Shown one piece after another: positions 51,685-61,830 of a DNA stretch of 64,000 nucleotides (position 1 is its first letter; every line of letters begins with the position of its first letter). Both the position numbers and the translations under genes were made by a program. The notes beneath the pieces were generated by a model. It made no database searches, was not told the origin of the DNA, and saw only the letters and a program-made list of their open reading frames with translations. Source of the DNA: an uncultured Gemmataceae bacterium (lineage in GTDB: Bacteria; Planctomycetota; Planctomycetia; Gemmatales; Gemmataceae); the NCBI GenBank assembly GCA_963750165.1, contig CAVVPN010000011.1, positions 480,001 to 544,000 on the forward strand. Direction: 5' to 3'.

Positions 51685-53397
51685 TCAATTCGATTCGCCT
51701 ACGTGGTGGCAAATGCTGAGCACCTCGTCGAGGGTGGTGATCCCCGCAACCGATTTGGCAACACCATCTTCCAGCAACGTGCGCATGCCCATGAGGCGAG
51801 CCTGGCGACGGATGGCCTGGGTCGGTTCGCGGTTGAAGGTCATGTCGCGCATGGCGGAGTTCATGCGCAGCATCTCGAAGATGCCCTTGCGGCCGCGAAA
51901 GCCGGTGTGGTTGCAGTGGGCACAGCCACGGCCGCGCATGAACGTGGCCTGCTGCGCCTGCTGCGGACTGAGACCGGCGGCCCGAATTTCGTCGGCAGGC
52001 GGCTTGTCCGGCTCCTTGCATTTGGGGCACACGAGCCGCACCAACCGCTGCGCCATGATGGCGATGACTGAACTGGCGACCAGGAAGGGTTGCACACCGA
52101 TGTCGCCCAGGCGCGTAATAGCGCTGGGCGCATCGTTCGTGTGCAGCGTACTGAAAACCAGGTGTCCCGTCAAACTGGCCTGGACGGCGATCTCGGCGGT
52201 CTCCTTGTCGCGGATTTCGCCCACGAGGATGATGTTGGGAGCCTGCCGCAGCATAGCGCGGATGATGCGGGCGAAATCCAGACCGATGTGGTGCCGGACC
52301 TCCACCTGGTTGACGCCCGGCAGGTAATACTCCACCGGATCTTCCGCGGTGATGATCTTGCGATCAGGCCTGTTCAATTCGTTCAGTGCGGCGTACAGCG
52401 TGGTAGTTTTGCCGGAGCCGGTCGGGCCGGTCACCAGGAAGATGCCGTTGGGCCGCTTGATGATGTTCTGGAAGCGCTTGAAATCGTCCTCGCCGAAACC
52501 CATGTCCTTGATGGACAGTTGAATATTACTGCGGTCGAGGATACGCATGACCACTGACTGACCGTGGTTGGTCGGCAGCACACTGACGCGCAGGTCGAAG
52601 TGCTTGTTCTGGATCGTCACCTTGATACGGCCGTCCTGCGGGCGGCGCTTTTCGGAGATGTCGATCCGCGCCATGATCTTGATGCGGGAGACCATTGACG
52701 CCTGGAGGCGTTTGGGCGGGCTGTCGCGTTCGACGAGCACGCCGTCGATGCGGTAGCGAATGCGGACGCGGTCGGCAAAGGGCTCGATGTGGATGTCGCT
52801 GGCGCGCAGTGACACCGCCTCCTGGATCATGAGGTTGACGAGCTTGACGACGGGTGCGTCGCTCTCGTCGGCACCTTCGAGGCTGGCAGTCGCCTCGGTT
52901 TCGGTGAAGTCGATCTGGGTGTCGGTAAATTCTTGCAACATCGAGTCCACGGATTCCGTTTCGGACTGGCCGTAGTGGCTGTTGATGGCCTCGATGATCT
53001 GCTCGCGCGCGGCGAGCACGGGCTGGATGTCCTTGTTCAGGATGAACTGGAGTTTCGTCAGCGTGTCGTAGTCGGATGGATCGCTGAGGAGGATTTTGAG
53101 GGCGCCGTTTTCCTGCGCCAGCGGCAGCACAAAGTTTTCGCGGGCCACCGACTCGGGCACGAGTTCGATGACCGAGGGCGGGATGGTCATGCCGGCGAGA
53201 TCGACGAACTGCATGCCGTGAAACTCGGCGACGGCGCTCATGATCTCCTGGTCAGTGGCGTAGTCGAGTTTGCGCAGCGCCTCCTGCATCTTGACGCCCA
53301 TCTGTTGCATGAGGTTGCGGGCCTCGGTGAGCTGGTCGGCGCTGAGCACCCCTCGCTTCACCAGGATGTCAGTGAAATCGCCGCGGGACTTGGCCAT
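51685..53397 (-). CDS. pilB: Second PilB/GspE assembly ATPase
   Basis: ASDIHIEP, GPTGSGKTTT, AEDPVEY, LRQAPN, TGHLVFSTLHTND, CPKC..CAHC. Confidence 0.93.
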   Translation of the reverse strand: MAKSRGDFTDILVKRGVLSADQLTEARNLMQQMGVKMQEALRKLDYATDQEIMSAVAEFHGMQFVDLAGMTIPPSVIELVPESVARENFVLPLAQENGALKILLSDPSDYDTLTKLQFILNKDIQPVLAAREQIIEAINSHYGQSETESVDSMLQEFTDTQIDFTETEATASLEGADESDAPVVKLVNLMIQEAVSLRASDIHIEPFADRVRIRYRIDGVLVERDSPPKRLQASMVSRIKIMARIDISEKRRPQDGRIKVTIQNKHFDLRVSVLPTNHGQSVVMRILDRSNIQLSIKDMGFGEDDFKRFQNIIKRPNGIFLVTGPTGSGKTTTLYAALNELNRPDRKIITAEDPVEYYLPGVNQVEVRHHIGLDFARIIRAMLRQAPNIILVGEIRDKETAEIAVQASLTGHLVFSTLHTNDAPSAITRLGDIGVQPFLVASSVIAIMAQRLVRLVCPKCKEPDKPPADEIRAAGLSPQQAQQATFMRGRGCAHCNHTGFRGRKGIFEMLRMNSAMRDMTFNREPTQAIRRQARLMGMRTLLEDGVAKSVAGITTLDEVLSICHHVGESN

Positions 53398-53599
53398 GAG
53401 AGGTTCTCCGATCGGGGGGAGTGCCGTGATGGTTCGCAGCAACGAAATGGGCGGTCCTGAATCGCGAGCCGGCGCCAAACGTCTTGAATGGTTGTGCGGT
53501 GCGGCGACGGCTTGCTATAATAAGGGTGAGCGACAACCGTAAAGTCCGACCATTTCAGAGTAACACCCGGGGAGGGACAGGCAAGAGAAAAATGGCCGT

Positions 53600-53614
53600 G
53601 GGCATGACTTTTGC
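53600..53614 (+). promoter_or_regulatory. Possible sigma-54 promoter
   Basis: GGGCATGACTTTTGC (GG-N10-GC with TTGC), about 250 nt upstream of 53861. Confidence 0.3.
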
Positions 53615-53860
53615 CCTGAAAAGCCATTTCGGCCCCTTGCGTGACATGGGGCAGCGCGACGCCGGCGTCAGGAGTGCGTGCGGATCGGAGTATTCAGCGC
53701 ACCCGGACCACGGCGGCCGGCGCATCAGGAAAATCCCTGGAAGCAGCGACACCGGAGCCAGCGGATCGCAAAACGTGTGCGACAGATTACTGGTCACCAG
53801 GGTAACCTGGTGATCTCCCCACACTCGCAAACGCGCAAGCGCTCGAGGGGGCGAAAAACC

Positions 53861-55453
53861 ATGACACGCACTCTGCTCCGCTCCGCAATTGCCGCCATCC
53901 TGGCGCCGGCTCTGTGCCTGTGTACCGCCGCCGTGCCGCGAGCCCAGGGCCCGGCCGTGGTGGACATCAAGAACAACGCCATTGAGATTCGGACGAGTGG
54001 CCCCGTTCACGAGGCCTTCGCCCAACCGATCGTCAACCAGACCGATCCCGGCCCGCTCATCAACCAGCAACCGCCGCCGTCAGTGCCCGAACAGCCGCCG
54101 CCGCAACAGCCCGAGGGGGCCAACGTGAAGTGGATCGACGGCTACTGGGCCTGGGACGCCCAGCGCAACGAGTTCGTCTGGGTGACCGGCACCTACCGCA
54201 ACATGCCGCCGGGCATGCGCTTCGTCGCCGGCTACTGGCAGCAGACATCCGACGGCTGGCGCTGGGTGCCGGGCTTCTACGTGCCGGACGGCCAGCAGCA
54301 AGTGCCGGTGGTGCCACCGCCGCCGGTGTCGCTGGAGACTGGCCCGACCGGGCCGCCGCCGACCAACAACTCGATCTACGTCCCCGGCTACTGGAACCCC
54401 GCCAACGGCTACGCCTGGGTGCCGGGCTTCTACACCGCGGCACAACCCGGCCTGGTGTGGTGTCCGCCGCGCTTCCTGTGGACGCCGGGCGGCTGCCTGT
54501 TCATCAAGGGCTACTGGGATTACCCGCTGGGCAACCGCGGCCTGCTGTTCGCGCCCGTGGCGTTCAACCAGCCGCTGTGGAACAACCCGGGTTGGAACTA
54601 CCAACCGAATTACGTGGTCGGCATGCAGCCGTTGCTGGCGTCGCTGTTTGTGCAGCCGCGGCTGGGCCAGTACTATTTCGGCAACTACTACGGCAACAAC
54701 TACGCCCGAACTGGTTACCAGCCGTGGCAAACTTTTGGCGCGAACCGCTACGATCCGCTGTACAGCTATTACCGCTGGCAGAACCGCAACAACCCGCAGT
54801 GGGCGACGGGACTGACGCAAACGTACCAGGCTCGCGTCGCGGGCCGGCTGCCGCTGCCGCCGCGGACGCTGGCGCAGCAGAACGCCGTGGTGAACGCCGG
54901 TCATAAGACGCTGCGTATGGTCAACACGCTGAACAGTCAAAACCTGCGGCTGCAAACGGCGTCGCAGCTGGCCGCGCAGCGGACGCAGGCGCAGCGGACG
55001 CAGGCGCTGGCGCAGGTGCGCCGCCAGCAGGAGTTGGCGGCGGCGAAGGCGCTCAAGGGCGGCGGCCAGGGCATGCCGCGGTCGCTGAACCTGGCGCACG
55101 CCAACACCATCCACGCGCCGATGGTGAACCAGTACACGCTGCCGAAGACCGCGATTCACCAGCCGGCGTATGTGCCGAAAGCTGTGGTGCATCAGCCGGT
55201 GGTTCGCACGGTCGCGTCGCCCAACACGTTCCAGTCGCGCGGACTGGCGCACACCACGGTGCAACCGCACGCGGGCAACATCAGCGGTGTGCGGCCGTTC
55301 TCGGCGACGACCGCGAATTACCACGCGCCGGCGGTGTATCACGCGCCGGCGGTGCATCATGCGCCAACCATGCACGCGCCGGTAGTGCATCACGCGCCGG
55401 CCGTGCATCATGCGGCGCCGGCGCATCACGGGGGTGGAGGACACCACCGCTGA
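53861..55453 (+). CDS. Secreted YXWGXW (WxxGxW) repeat protein with His-rich tail
   Basis: Signal peptide, GPVHEAFAQP, WIDGYWAW, FVAGYW, YVPGYW, FIKGYWDY; tail HAPAVH repeats. Confidence 0.85.
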   Translation: MTRTLLRSAIAAILAPALCLCTAAVPRAQGPAVVDIKNNAIEIRTSGPVHEAFAQPIVNQTDPGPLINQQPPPSVPEQPPPQQPEGANVKWIDGYWAWDAQRNEFVWVTGTYRNMPPGMRFVAGYWQQTSDGWRWVPGFYVPDGQQQVPVVPPPPVSLETGPTGPPPTNNSIYVPGYWNPANGYAWVPGFYTAAQPGLVWCPPRFLWTPGGCLFIKGYWDYPLGNRGLLFAPVAFNQPLWNNPGWNYQPNYVVGMQPLLASLFVQPRLGQYYFGNYYGNNYARTGYQPWQTFGANRYDPLYSYYRWQNRNNPQWATGLTQTYQARVAGRLPLPPRTLAQQNAVVNAGHKTLRMVNTLNSQNLRLQTASQLAAQRTQAQRTQALAQVRRQQELAAAKALKGGGQGMPRSLNLAHANTIHAPMVNQYTLPKTAIHQPAYVPKAVVHQPVVRTVASPNTFQSRGLAHTTVQPHAGNISGVRPFSATTANYHAPAVYHAPAVHHAPTMHAPVVHHAPAVHHAAPAHHGGGGHHR

Positions 55454-55463
55454 TCGGATAAAA

Positions 55464-55560
55464 TTCTACTGTGTGAGGTGAGAATTGGAGGAGGTGTGGG
55501 ACGGCTCTCCAGAGCCGTCGCTGCCGAAGCGACGGCTCTGGAGAGCCGTCCCACACCTCC
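55464..55560. repeat. Partial copy of the 11503 MITE (left end plus REP doublet)
   Basis: TTCTACTGTGTGAGGTG.., GTGGGACGGCTCTCCAGAGCCGTC..GACGGCTCTGGAGAGCCGTCCCAC; right TIR not found. Confidence 0.75.
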
Positions 55561-55731
55561 TCTCCGAACCGCGTCATTGCTTCGGGCGCGGGGCCGGACG
55601 CCGCAGCGGTTTGGGACTGGCGTATTTCTTGAGGATTTCCAGGGATCGGGCGGGTGAACTGGACCGTTACCTTGGCTTTGTCATTTGGCTTCCTGGTGTC
55701 CTCGGATGATGACATTATGGTTCCGTGATTT

Positions 55732-57006
55732 CTACGCGCTCACATACGGCAGCACATACGGCCCCTTCGGGATCACCGCCACGCGTGCCGCCGGGCCGTA
55801 CTCGCGCAGGCTGTCCGCGACTGCCTGCTCCACCGTCGCCGCCGGCTCGACGTAGCAGCGACGCAGTTCCTCCGGCGAGATACCGTCGCTGACCACTTTC
55901 ACCTTGCAGCGCTCGTTGACTTTCGCCTGTTCTTCCAACTGCCACTGGTCCATGACGAAATAATCCTTGCCCAGAATCCGCTTTTTAAATTCCTTCAGGT
56001 CGGGATTGTCGCGCATGATCTGCTGGAACTCGGGACTGCCGAGCCCTTCGCTCAGGCTGACCGCCAGCACGATGGTGCCGCCCTGCTTGACGATCGGCAG
56101 CGCCCCCGTCAGGCCCTTGATGGCCTGATACCACGTCGTATCCAGCGGATAGCCGGCGCCGCTGGTCAGTACCACGTCGAACGGTTCCGGCACCGGCACG
56201 CGCACCACCTGCTCAACGAACTTGACGCCCGCTGCCCACGCCCGCTCCATGTGGCCGGCGCCCACCCAGGTGACGCGCCGCTTCTCGTCCAGGCACACGT
56301 TCACGATGAAATCGCAGCCCGCCATCTTGGCGATGCGCGTGTTCTCCTCGTGGACGGGGTTGCCCTCCACGAAGCCGCAGTCCGCCTTCGGGTGCTCCAG
56401 GAATTTCGGCCCGTGCCAGACCTTGACCGTCTCCAGCGCCGCGATGCCGGGGCAGATGACCTTGCGACCGCCGCTGTAGCCCGCCATCAGATGCGGCTCG
56501 ATCAGGCCCGTTGTGATCTTCAGGTCGGCGCGCACGTAACGGCTGTCGAGGTGGACCGGTACACCGTTTGGGGTGACGCCGAGGAAGTCGTGTTCGGCGA
56601 GCGCCTTGCCGTGGTGGTTCTCGACACGGTAGTTGGCGGCGATGTCCGGGCCGAGCATCTCGACCAGTTCGGCGCCCTCGTTGGGCCGGTGCAGGCCGGT
56701 GGCGACCAGGATGAGGATGTCGAGGCGAGCAATGCCCTGCGCCTCCAGGGTGCGCAACAGCGGCGGCAGGATCAGGCGGTTCGGCACCGGCCGCGTGATG
56801 TCGCACACCAGAATGCAGGCGTTCTTGCGACCGCGGGCGACTTCCGCAAGCGGCGGACAGCCGATGGGCTGGGCGAGCGCGGCGGCGATGGCCTGTTCGG
56901 GGTCGGGCAGCGGTGCCGCGGGGCGGATCGCCAACGGGCCGACGACGCGGTCGTCGGGCAGGTCCACGGGCAGTCCGGTGCGGCCGTAATCGAGGGTGAT
57001 GCGCAT
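55732..57006 (-). CDS. larA: Nickel-pincer-dependent lactate racemase family protein (LarA superfamily)
   Basis: [44 protein letters not shown]; substrate unknown. Confidence 0.9.
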   Translation of the reverse strand: MRITLDYGRTGLPVDLPDDRVVGPLAIRPAAPLPDPEQAIAAALAQPIGCPPLAEVARGRKNACILVCDITRPVPNRLILPPLLRTLEAQGIARLDILILVATGLHRPNEGAELVEMLGPDIAANYRVENHHGKALAEHDFLGVTPNGVPVHLDSRYVRADLKITTGLIEPHLMAGYSGGRKVICPGIAALETVKVWHGPKFLEHPKADCGFVEGNPVHEENTRIAKMAGCDFIVNVCLDEKRRVTWVGAGHMERAWAAGVKFVEQVVRVPVPEPFDVVLTSGAGYPLDTTWYQAIKGLTGALPIVKQGGTIVLAVSLSEGLGSPEFQQIMRDNPDLKEFKKRILGKDYFVMDQWQLEEQAKVNERCKVKVVSDGISPEELRRCYVEPAATVEQAVADSLREYGPAARVAVIPKGPYVLPYVSA

Positions 57007-57110
57007 GGGAGTGTCACAGTTGAGGTTGAAGCGCGGCGGTCCCGGGGCGTATAAAACATTATCGCCGTTGCGCCGCGGTTTTCCAATTCTCAGACTTCAA
57101 AACCACCCGC

Positions 57111-57170
57111 CGAGCGGGGTCGCGTCAGCGCCCCGTGCGTCATCACGGGGCGCTGACGCGACCCCGCTCG
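57111..57170. repeat. REP-like palindrome, family A
   Basis: Near-identical to 22096-22153. Confidence 0.85.
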
Positions 57171-57189
57171 CCGGAGAAAGTTGAATCAC

Positions 57190-58341
57190 ATGACCGCTGT
57201 TGCCAGCCCGCTGACGCTGCCCGAGACGCCGCCCGAGGTCAAGCGCTATCAGTGGCAAAAGCTGGTCGCCCAGCTGGCGTCCGCCGGTCTCGTCCTGGCG
57301 TTCCTGATCGGCATGGCCGGCTGGGGGGCACCCGCGCTTGATCCGTGGCTGCGCGGCTGGCTCGGCGACGGGCCGTGGTTGCGGCTGCTGGCGCTGGCCG
57401 TGGTGCTCGGCGTCGGCCTCGAACTGCTGACGTTGCCGCTGTCGTTCTACTCCAGCTTCATCCTCGAACACCGTTACCAGCTGAGCAACCAGAGCCTGGC
57501 GGCGTGGGCGTGGCGACAGATCAAGGGCTACCTCGTCGGCGGCGTGCTGGGGCTGGTGCTGCTCTACGGGTTTTACGCGCTGCTGCTGTTCACGCAACCG
57601 TGGTGGTTGTGGGCGGCGCTGGCGTGGCTGGTGGTGTCGCTGGTGCTGGGCCAGCTGCTGCCGGTGGTTGTGCTGCCGCTGTTTTTCAAGGTGACGCGCC
57701 TGCAGGACGACGCGCTGCAACAACGGCTGGCGCGACTGGCGGAGGGCACCGGGTTGACGCTGGAAGGGGTCTACCGCCTGGACCTGAGCGCCGACACGCG
57801 CAAGGCCAACGCGGCGCTGGCGGGTCTGGGCCGGACGCGGCGCGTGCTGCTCGGCGACACGCTGCTGAACAACTTTTCGCCGGAGGAAATCGAGGTCGTG
57901 TTTGCCCACGAGGTCGGCCATCATGTGCATCGCCACATTCCGAAGCTGGTGGTGCTGAGCGTGGTGCTGGCGCTGGCGGGCTTCTGGCTGGTGGATCTGA
58001 TCGGCGGAGCGCTGGCGATGCGCCTGGGGTACACGTCGTTCACGGACCCAGCGGCGCTGCCGCTGGTGCTGGTAGTGCTGTCGCTGTTCGGACTGCTGCT
58101 CAGTCCGTTGCAAAACGCGATCAGCCGGCACTTCGAGCGGCAGTGCGACCGCTATGCGCTGGAGCGCACCAGGCTGAGCGACGCGTACCGGGCCGCGTTC
58201 ATTAAACTGGCACAGCTGAACAAGTCCGACCCGGACCCGCACCCGCTGGCGGTGTGGCTATTCCATGACCATCCGCCCATTCGTGAGCGCGTGGCGATGG
58301 CAGACATTGTTCAGTGTTCGGGGCCTCTCATGAGCCTTTAA
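57190..58341 (+). CDS. M48 family (Ste24-like) membrane zinc protease
   Basis: KANAALAGLG.TRRVLLGDTLL, HEVGH, SRHFERQCD, HDHPP. Confidence 0.92.
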   Translation: MTAVASPLTLPETPPEVKRYQWQKLVAQLASAGLVLAFLIGMAGWGAPALDPWLRGWLGDGPWLRLLALAVVLGVGLELLTLPLSFYSSFILEHRYQLSNQSLAAWAWRQIKGYLVGGVLGLVLLYGFYALLLFTQPWWLWAALAWLVVSLVLGQLLPVVVLPLFFKVTRLQDDALQQRLARLAEGTGLTLEGVYRLDLSADTRKANAALAGLGRTRRVLLGDTLLNNFSPEEIEVVFAHEVGHHVHRHIPKLVVLSVVLALAGFWLVDLIGGALAMRLGYTSFTDPAALPLVLVVLSLFGLLLSPLQNAISRHFERQCDRYALERTRLSDAYRAAFIKLAQLNKSDPDPHPLAVWLFHDHPPIRERVAMADIVQCSGPLMSL

Positions 58342-58510
58342 TACCAACCGTGCTAGGCTTCTCTTCATAATGCCCAGAATTTAAGAATTCCAGGAGCCCG
58401 CGAGAGTCCGTGGTTGGTGTTTTGTCGGTACCCCAGCACTGCCATGGCTCTCGCGATTCCTCCGCACGGTGAGCATACACACCAATGATCGTCCGGAAAA
58501 GGGGGCGCAC

Positions 58511-59191
58511 GTGCGGGTTCTGCTAATTGAAGACCATAAGCCCATGCTCCGGGCCCTGCGACAGGGGCTCGAGGAGGAGGGTTTTGCCGTCGATGTGGCC
58601 GTTGACGGCGAGGAAGGGGACTTCAAGGCCCGCACCGCCAACTACGATGTCATCATCCTCGATCTGATGCTGCCCAAGATCGACGGTCTGACGCTGCTGC
58701 AGAACTGGCGGCGCTCGGGTCTCAACACCCACGTGCTCTTGCTGACCGCCCGCGACACCCTCGACGATAAGGTCAAGGGCCTCGACCTGGGTGCCGACGA
58801 CTACCTGACCAAGCCGCCTCAGCTTGAGGAGCTGTTCGCCCGCCTGCGGGCCCTCATCCGCCGCGGCCATCAGGTGAAAGACCCCATCCTGCGCGTCTGC
58901 GACCTGGAGATCGACACGGCCGCGCGCACCGTCAAGCGCGCCGGCCAACCCATCCACCTGACGCCGCGCGAGTACGCCCTGCTCCAGTTCCTGGCGTTCC
59001 ATCGCGGCAAGGTCGTCAGTCGCTCCATGATCTGGGAGCACCTGTACGACGAGCATGACGAGAACACTTCCAACGTCGTGGACGTTTACATTCGCTACCT
59101 ACGCACCAAGATCGACAAGGGCTTCAACCCGCCGCTGATCCTGACGCGCTGGGGCGAAGGCTACCTCCTGCGCGGGGACGACCCTTCATGA
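58511..59191 (+). CDS. OmpR/PhoB family response regulator
   Basis: LLIED, IILDLMLP, LLLTA, GADDYLTKP, LTPREY, SNVVDVYIRYLR. Confidence 0.95.
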   Translation: MRVLLIEDHKPMLRALRQGLEEEGFAVDVAVDGEEGDFKARTANYDVIILDLMLPKIDGLTLLQNWRRSGLNTHVLLLTARDTLDDKVKGLDLGADDYLTKPPQLEELFARLRALIRRGHQVKDPILRVCDLEIDTAARTVKRAGQPIHLTPREYALLQFLAFHRGKVVSRSMIWEHLYDEHDENTSNVVDVYIRYLRTKIDKGFNPPLILTRWGEGYLLRGDDPS

Positions 59192-61113
59192 AGTCCATTC
59201 GAGTCTCGCTCATCGTCTATTTCCTGCTGCTGCTCGCCGTCGCCCTCGGCGCGGTCTCGTATTTCTATTACGAAAGCACCTCGCAGGCGCTGCGCGACAA
59301 GGAAGCCACCAAGAAAAAGTTGCTGGACGAGCAGTACCATGCCGCCTGCGTCGCCGTGCGCGCGGACCTGGACCAAAAGCTGCAGCGCAGCGCGGAGGCG
59401 CTGGCGGGCCAGGCGTGCGGCTACCGCCGGGGCTGGGAGCATGCGTATCCGGCCGACCTGATCGCGCTGGCCGCCAACCCGTCCACGCGCCTGGCCGCCG
59501 GCCTCTGGGTGCCGGAGGTCCGCTCCGCGGACGGGCCGAACTCCTTCCCCAACATGGCCAACGCCAAGCGCGTGCTCAGCCGCACCCCGCCGCACCACCC
59601 CATCGTCCACCTGGAAGACGCCGAGGACGTGATCGACAAGGTGCGCGACCTGAAGACCCAGGTCTTCTTCCAGAGCTTCACCAAGGACGGCTGGACGATG
59701 GAGAAGTCCGAGTCGCTCGGCACGGACAGCTTTGTCCTGGATGACAAGGTGCGCCACGAATTGAGCCTCTTCAAGGAAAAGTTCGACGACGTGACGCTGA
59801 AGTCGGGGCTGAAACTCCGCCGCGTCACTTACAAAGTGCCGGTGCCACGGTTCAACTTCACCTACGCCCCCGGCACCATCCCGCAGGCGCCGCCGCAGCG
59901 AGTGGGATGGTTGAGCAGGTACATGCCCAAGGGCGGCCCGCCCAAGGGCGGGCCGCCCCCCAAAGGCGAAGACCGTCGGCCGCCGTTCGCCAAGGGCAGC
60001 CGCAGCCTCACCATCTTCATCCAGTACGCCAGCGACGTGGACAAACGCGACCGGAACATCGCCGCCCTCCGCGCCGAGCGCGACCAGGCTTTGGCCGACC
60101 TGGCCGAGCAATCGCGCGAGGCGCTGGTGACCCTGCAGCAGTACATGCTCTGGGTGGGCCTGACCACCTTCGCGGCGCTGTTCCTGGGCGGCTACCTGCT
60201 CGTCTGGCTCGGCCTGCTGCCGCTGCACCGCCTCTCCGACGCCGTCAGCCGTGTCTCCGCCCGCGACTTCCGCCTGGAGATCGACGACCGGAAAATGCCC
60301 GGCGAACTACAGCCCATCGTTGAACGCCTCAAGCACACGCTGGAACTGCTCAAGCGCGCCTTCGCCCGCGAAAAGCAGGCGGCTGCCGACATCTCGCACG
60401 AGCTACGCACCCCACTCGCGGCCCTGATGACCACGCTCGAAGTCGGCCTGCGCAAGTCGCGCAGCGCCGAGGAGTATCGCGAGATGCTGGAGGATTGTCG
60501 CGAGAGCGGTTTGCAGATGAACCAGCTGGTCGAGCGGTTGCTCAAGCTGGCCCGCCTTGACGCCGGCGCCGACCTGGTGCGGCCGCGTGAGGTGGACGTG
60601 GCCGCGCTCGCCGATCAGTGCGCCACGCTGGTGCGGCCGCTGGTCGAGGCCCGCGGCCTGACGCTGCGCGTCCACCACGACGGCCCGGCCCTGCTCATGG
60701 CCGACCCCGACAAGCTCCGCGAGGTGGTCACCAACCTGCTGCACAACGCCATCCAGTACAACCGCCCTGACGGCGCGATCGACATTGCGGTCGGCAGCCG
60801 CGACGGCGAGTTGCGGATCGAGGTGCGCGACACCGGCGTCGGCATCAGCGCGGAGGCCCGGCAGCGCATTTTCGAGCGCTTCTACCGCGAGGATCCGTCG
60901 CGGCACGCCGAGGGGTTGCACGCCGGCCTGGGGCTGGCTATCGTTAAGGGTTACGTGGATTTAATGGGCGGCGGCATTGAGGTTGAGAGCCAGGTGGGCG
61001 CGGGCACGACCTTTCGCGTGTGCCTGCCGGTGCGGCCGGCGGTGACGCGCTCGGTGACCCTGACTGGCGCCAACCCTGCGTTCGCCATTCAGCCGGCCCA
61101 GCCCGGAGTGTGA
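59188..61113 (+). CDS. Sensor histidine kinase (two TM, HAMP, HisKA, HATPase)
   Basis: SHELRTPL, NLLHNAIQY, DTGVGI, IFERFYR, GLGLAIV; ATGA overlap with the regulator. Confidence 0.95.
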   Translation: MKSIRVSLIVYFLLLLAVALGAVSYFYYESTSQALRDKEATKKKLLDEQYHAACVAVRADLDQKLQRSAEALAGQACGYRRGWEHAYPADLIALAANPSTRLAAGLWVPEVRSADGPNSFPNMANAKRVLSRTPPHHPIVHLEDAEDVIDKVRDLKTQVFFQSFTKDGWTMEKSESLGTDSFVLDDKVRHELSLFKEKFDDVTLKSGLKLRRVTYKVPVPRFNFTYAPGTIPQAPPQRVGWLSRYMPKGGPPKGGPPPKGEDRRPPFAKGSRSLTIFIQYASDVDKRDRNIAALRAERDQALADLAEQSREALVTLQQYMLWVGLTTFAALFLGGYLLVWLGLLPLHRLSDAVSRVSARDFRLEIDDRKMPGELQPIVERLKHTLELLKRAFAREKQAAADISHELRTPLAALMTTLEVGLRKSRSAEEYREMLEDCRESGLQMNQLVERLLKLARLDAGADLVRPREVDVAALADQCATLVRPLVEARGLTLRVHHDGPALLMADPDKLREVVTNLLHNAIQYNRPDGAIDIAVGSRDGELRIEVRDTGVGISAEARQRIFERFYREDPSRHAEGLHAGLGLAIVKGYVDLMGGGIEVESQVGAGTTFRVCLPVRPAVTRSVTLTGANPAFAIQPAQPGV

Positions 61114-61116
61114 AGT

Positions 61117-61749
61117 ATGCGACCCGTCACCGCGACCAAGAAACCCGCTGCCACGTCGCCCGTCTCGGTGCCCGTGGACGACCCCGAAGTGTGCCTGATG
61201 CTGCGCGTGCAGCGCGACGAGCCGGGCGCCTTCGCGGAGCTGGTCGAGGCCTACTGGCCGCGCGTCTTCGGCCGCTTTTGTCGCGCCCTGCACGACCGCC
61301 AGGAAGCGGAGGATCTGGCCCAGGAGGTGTTCCTGCGGCTGTACCGCTCGCGCAAGCGCTACCAGCCGCGGGCGCGGTTCACGACCTGGCTGTTCCACAT
61401 CAGCCAGAACGTGGCGCGCAACGCGCTGCGGGCGCGGCGGCGGCACGAGTGCCTCAAACTCGGTGCGCTGCTGTGCTCGCAGGAGGAACTGCCGGCGCTG
61501 CGGCGGCGCGGCGAGGAAGCGGACCCGCCGTCACGGCCGCTGGAACGCTCGGAACTGGCTGGGGCGGTGCGACGGGCGGTGTCGGGCCTGGCCGGCCGCC
61601 AGCGGCTGGCGCTGGAACTGCACCAGTTCGAGGACCATAGCTACGCCGAGGTCGCCAGCGCCATGGCCATGACGCCCAAGGCCGCCAAGAGCCTGCTGTA
61701 TCGGGCGCGCAACCAGCTGCGGGCGACGCTGGTCAAGTTCATGGAATAA
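61117..61749 (+). CDS. ECF sigma factor
   Basis: AEDLAQEVFLR, FTTWLFHI, SYAEVA, KSLLYRAR. Confidence 0.92.
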   Translation: MRPVTATKKPAATSPVSVPVDDPEVCLMLRVQRDEPGAFAELVEAYWPRVFGRFCRALHDRQEAEDLAQEVFLRLYRSRKRYQPRARFTTWLFHISQNVARNALRARRRHECLKLGALLCSQEELPALRRRGEEADPPSRPLERSELAGAVRRAVSGLAGRQRLALELHQFEDHSYAEVASAMAMTPKAAKSLLYRARNQLRATLVKFME

Positions 61750-61751
61750 GC

Positions 61752-61827
61752 AAGTTGCACCACAAAGACACAAAGGAAAAGACAAAGAAATCTCTGTCTT
61801 TTCCTTTGTGTCTTTGTGGTGCAACTT
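61752..61827. repeat. Long palindrome with periodic CACAAAG arms
   Basis: AAGTTGCACCACAAAGACACAAAGGAAAAGACA..TGTCTTTTCCTTTGTGTCTTTGTGGTGCAACTT; between convergent genes. Confidence 0.88.
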
Positions 61828-61830
61828 TCT

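Noticed and set aside
55300..57006. His-rich tail protein as a nickel chaperone for LarA
   Set aside because: The genes are convergent, the His-rich protein is secreted while LarA is cytoplasmic, and no larB/C/E are nearby.
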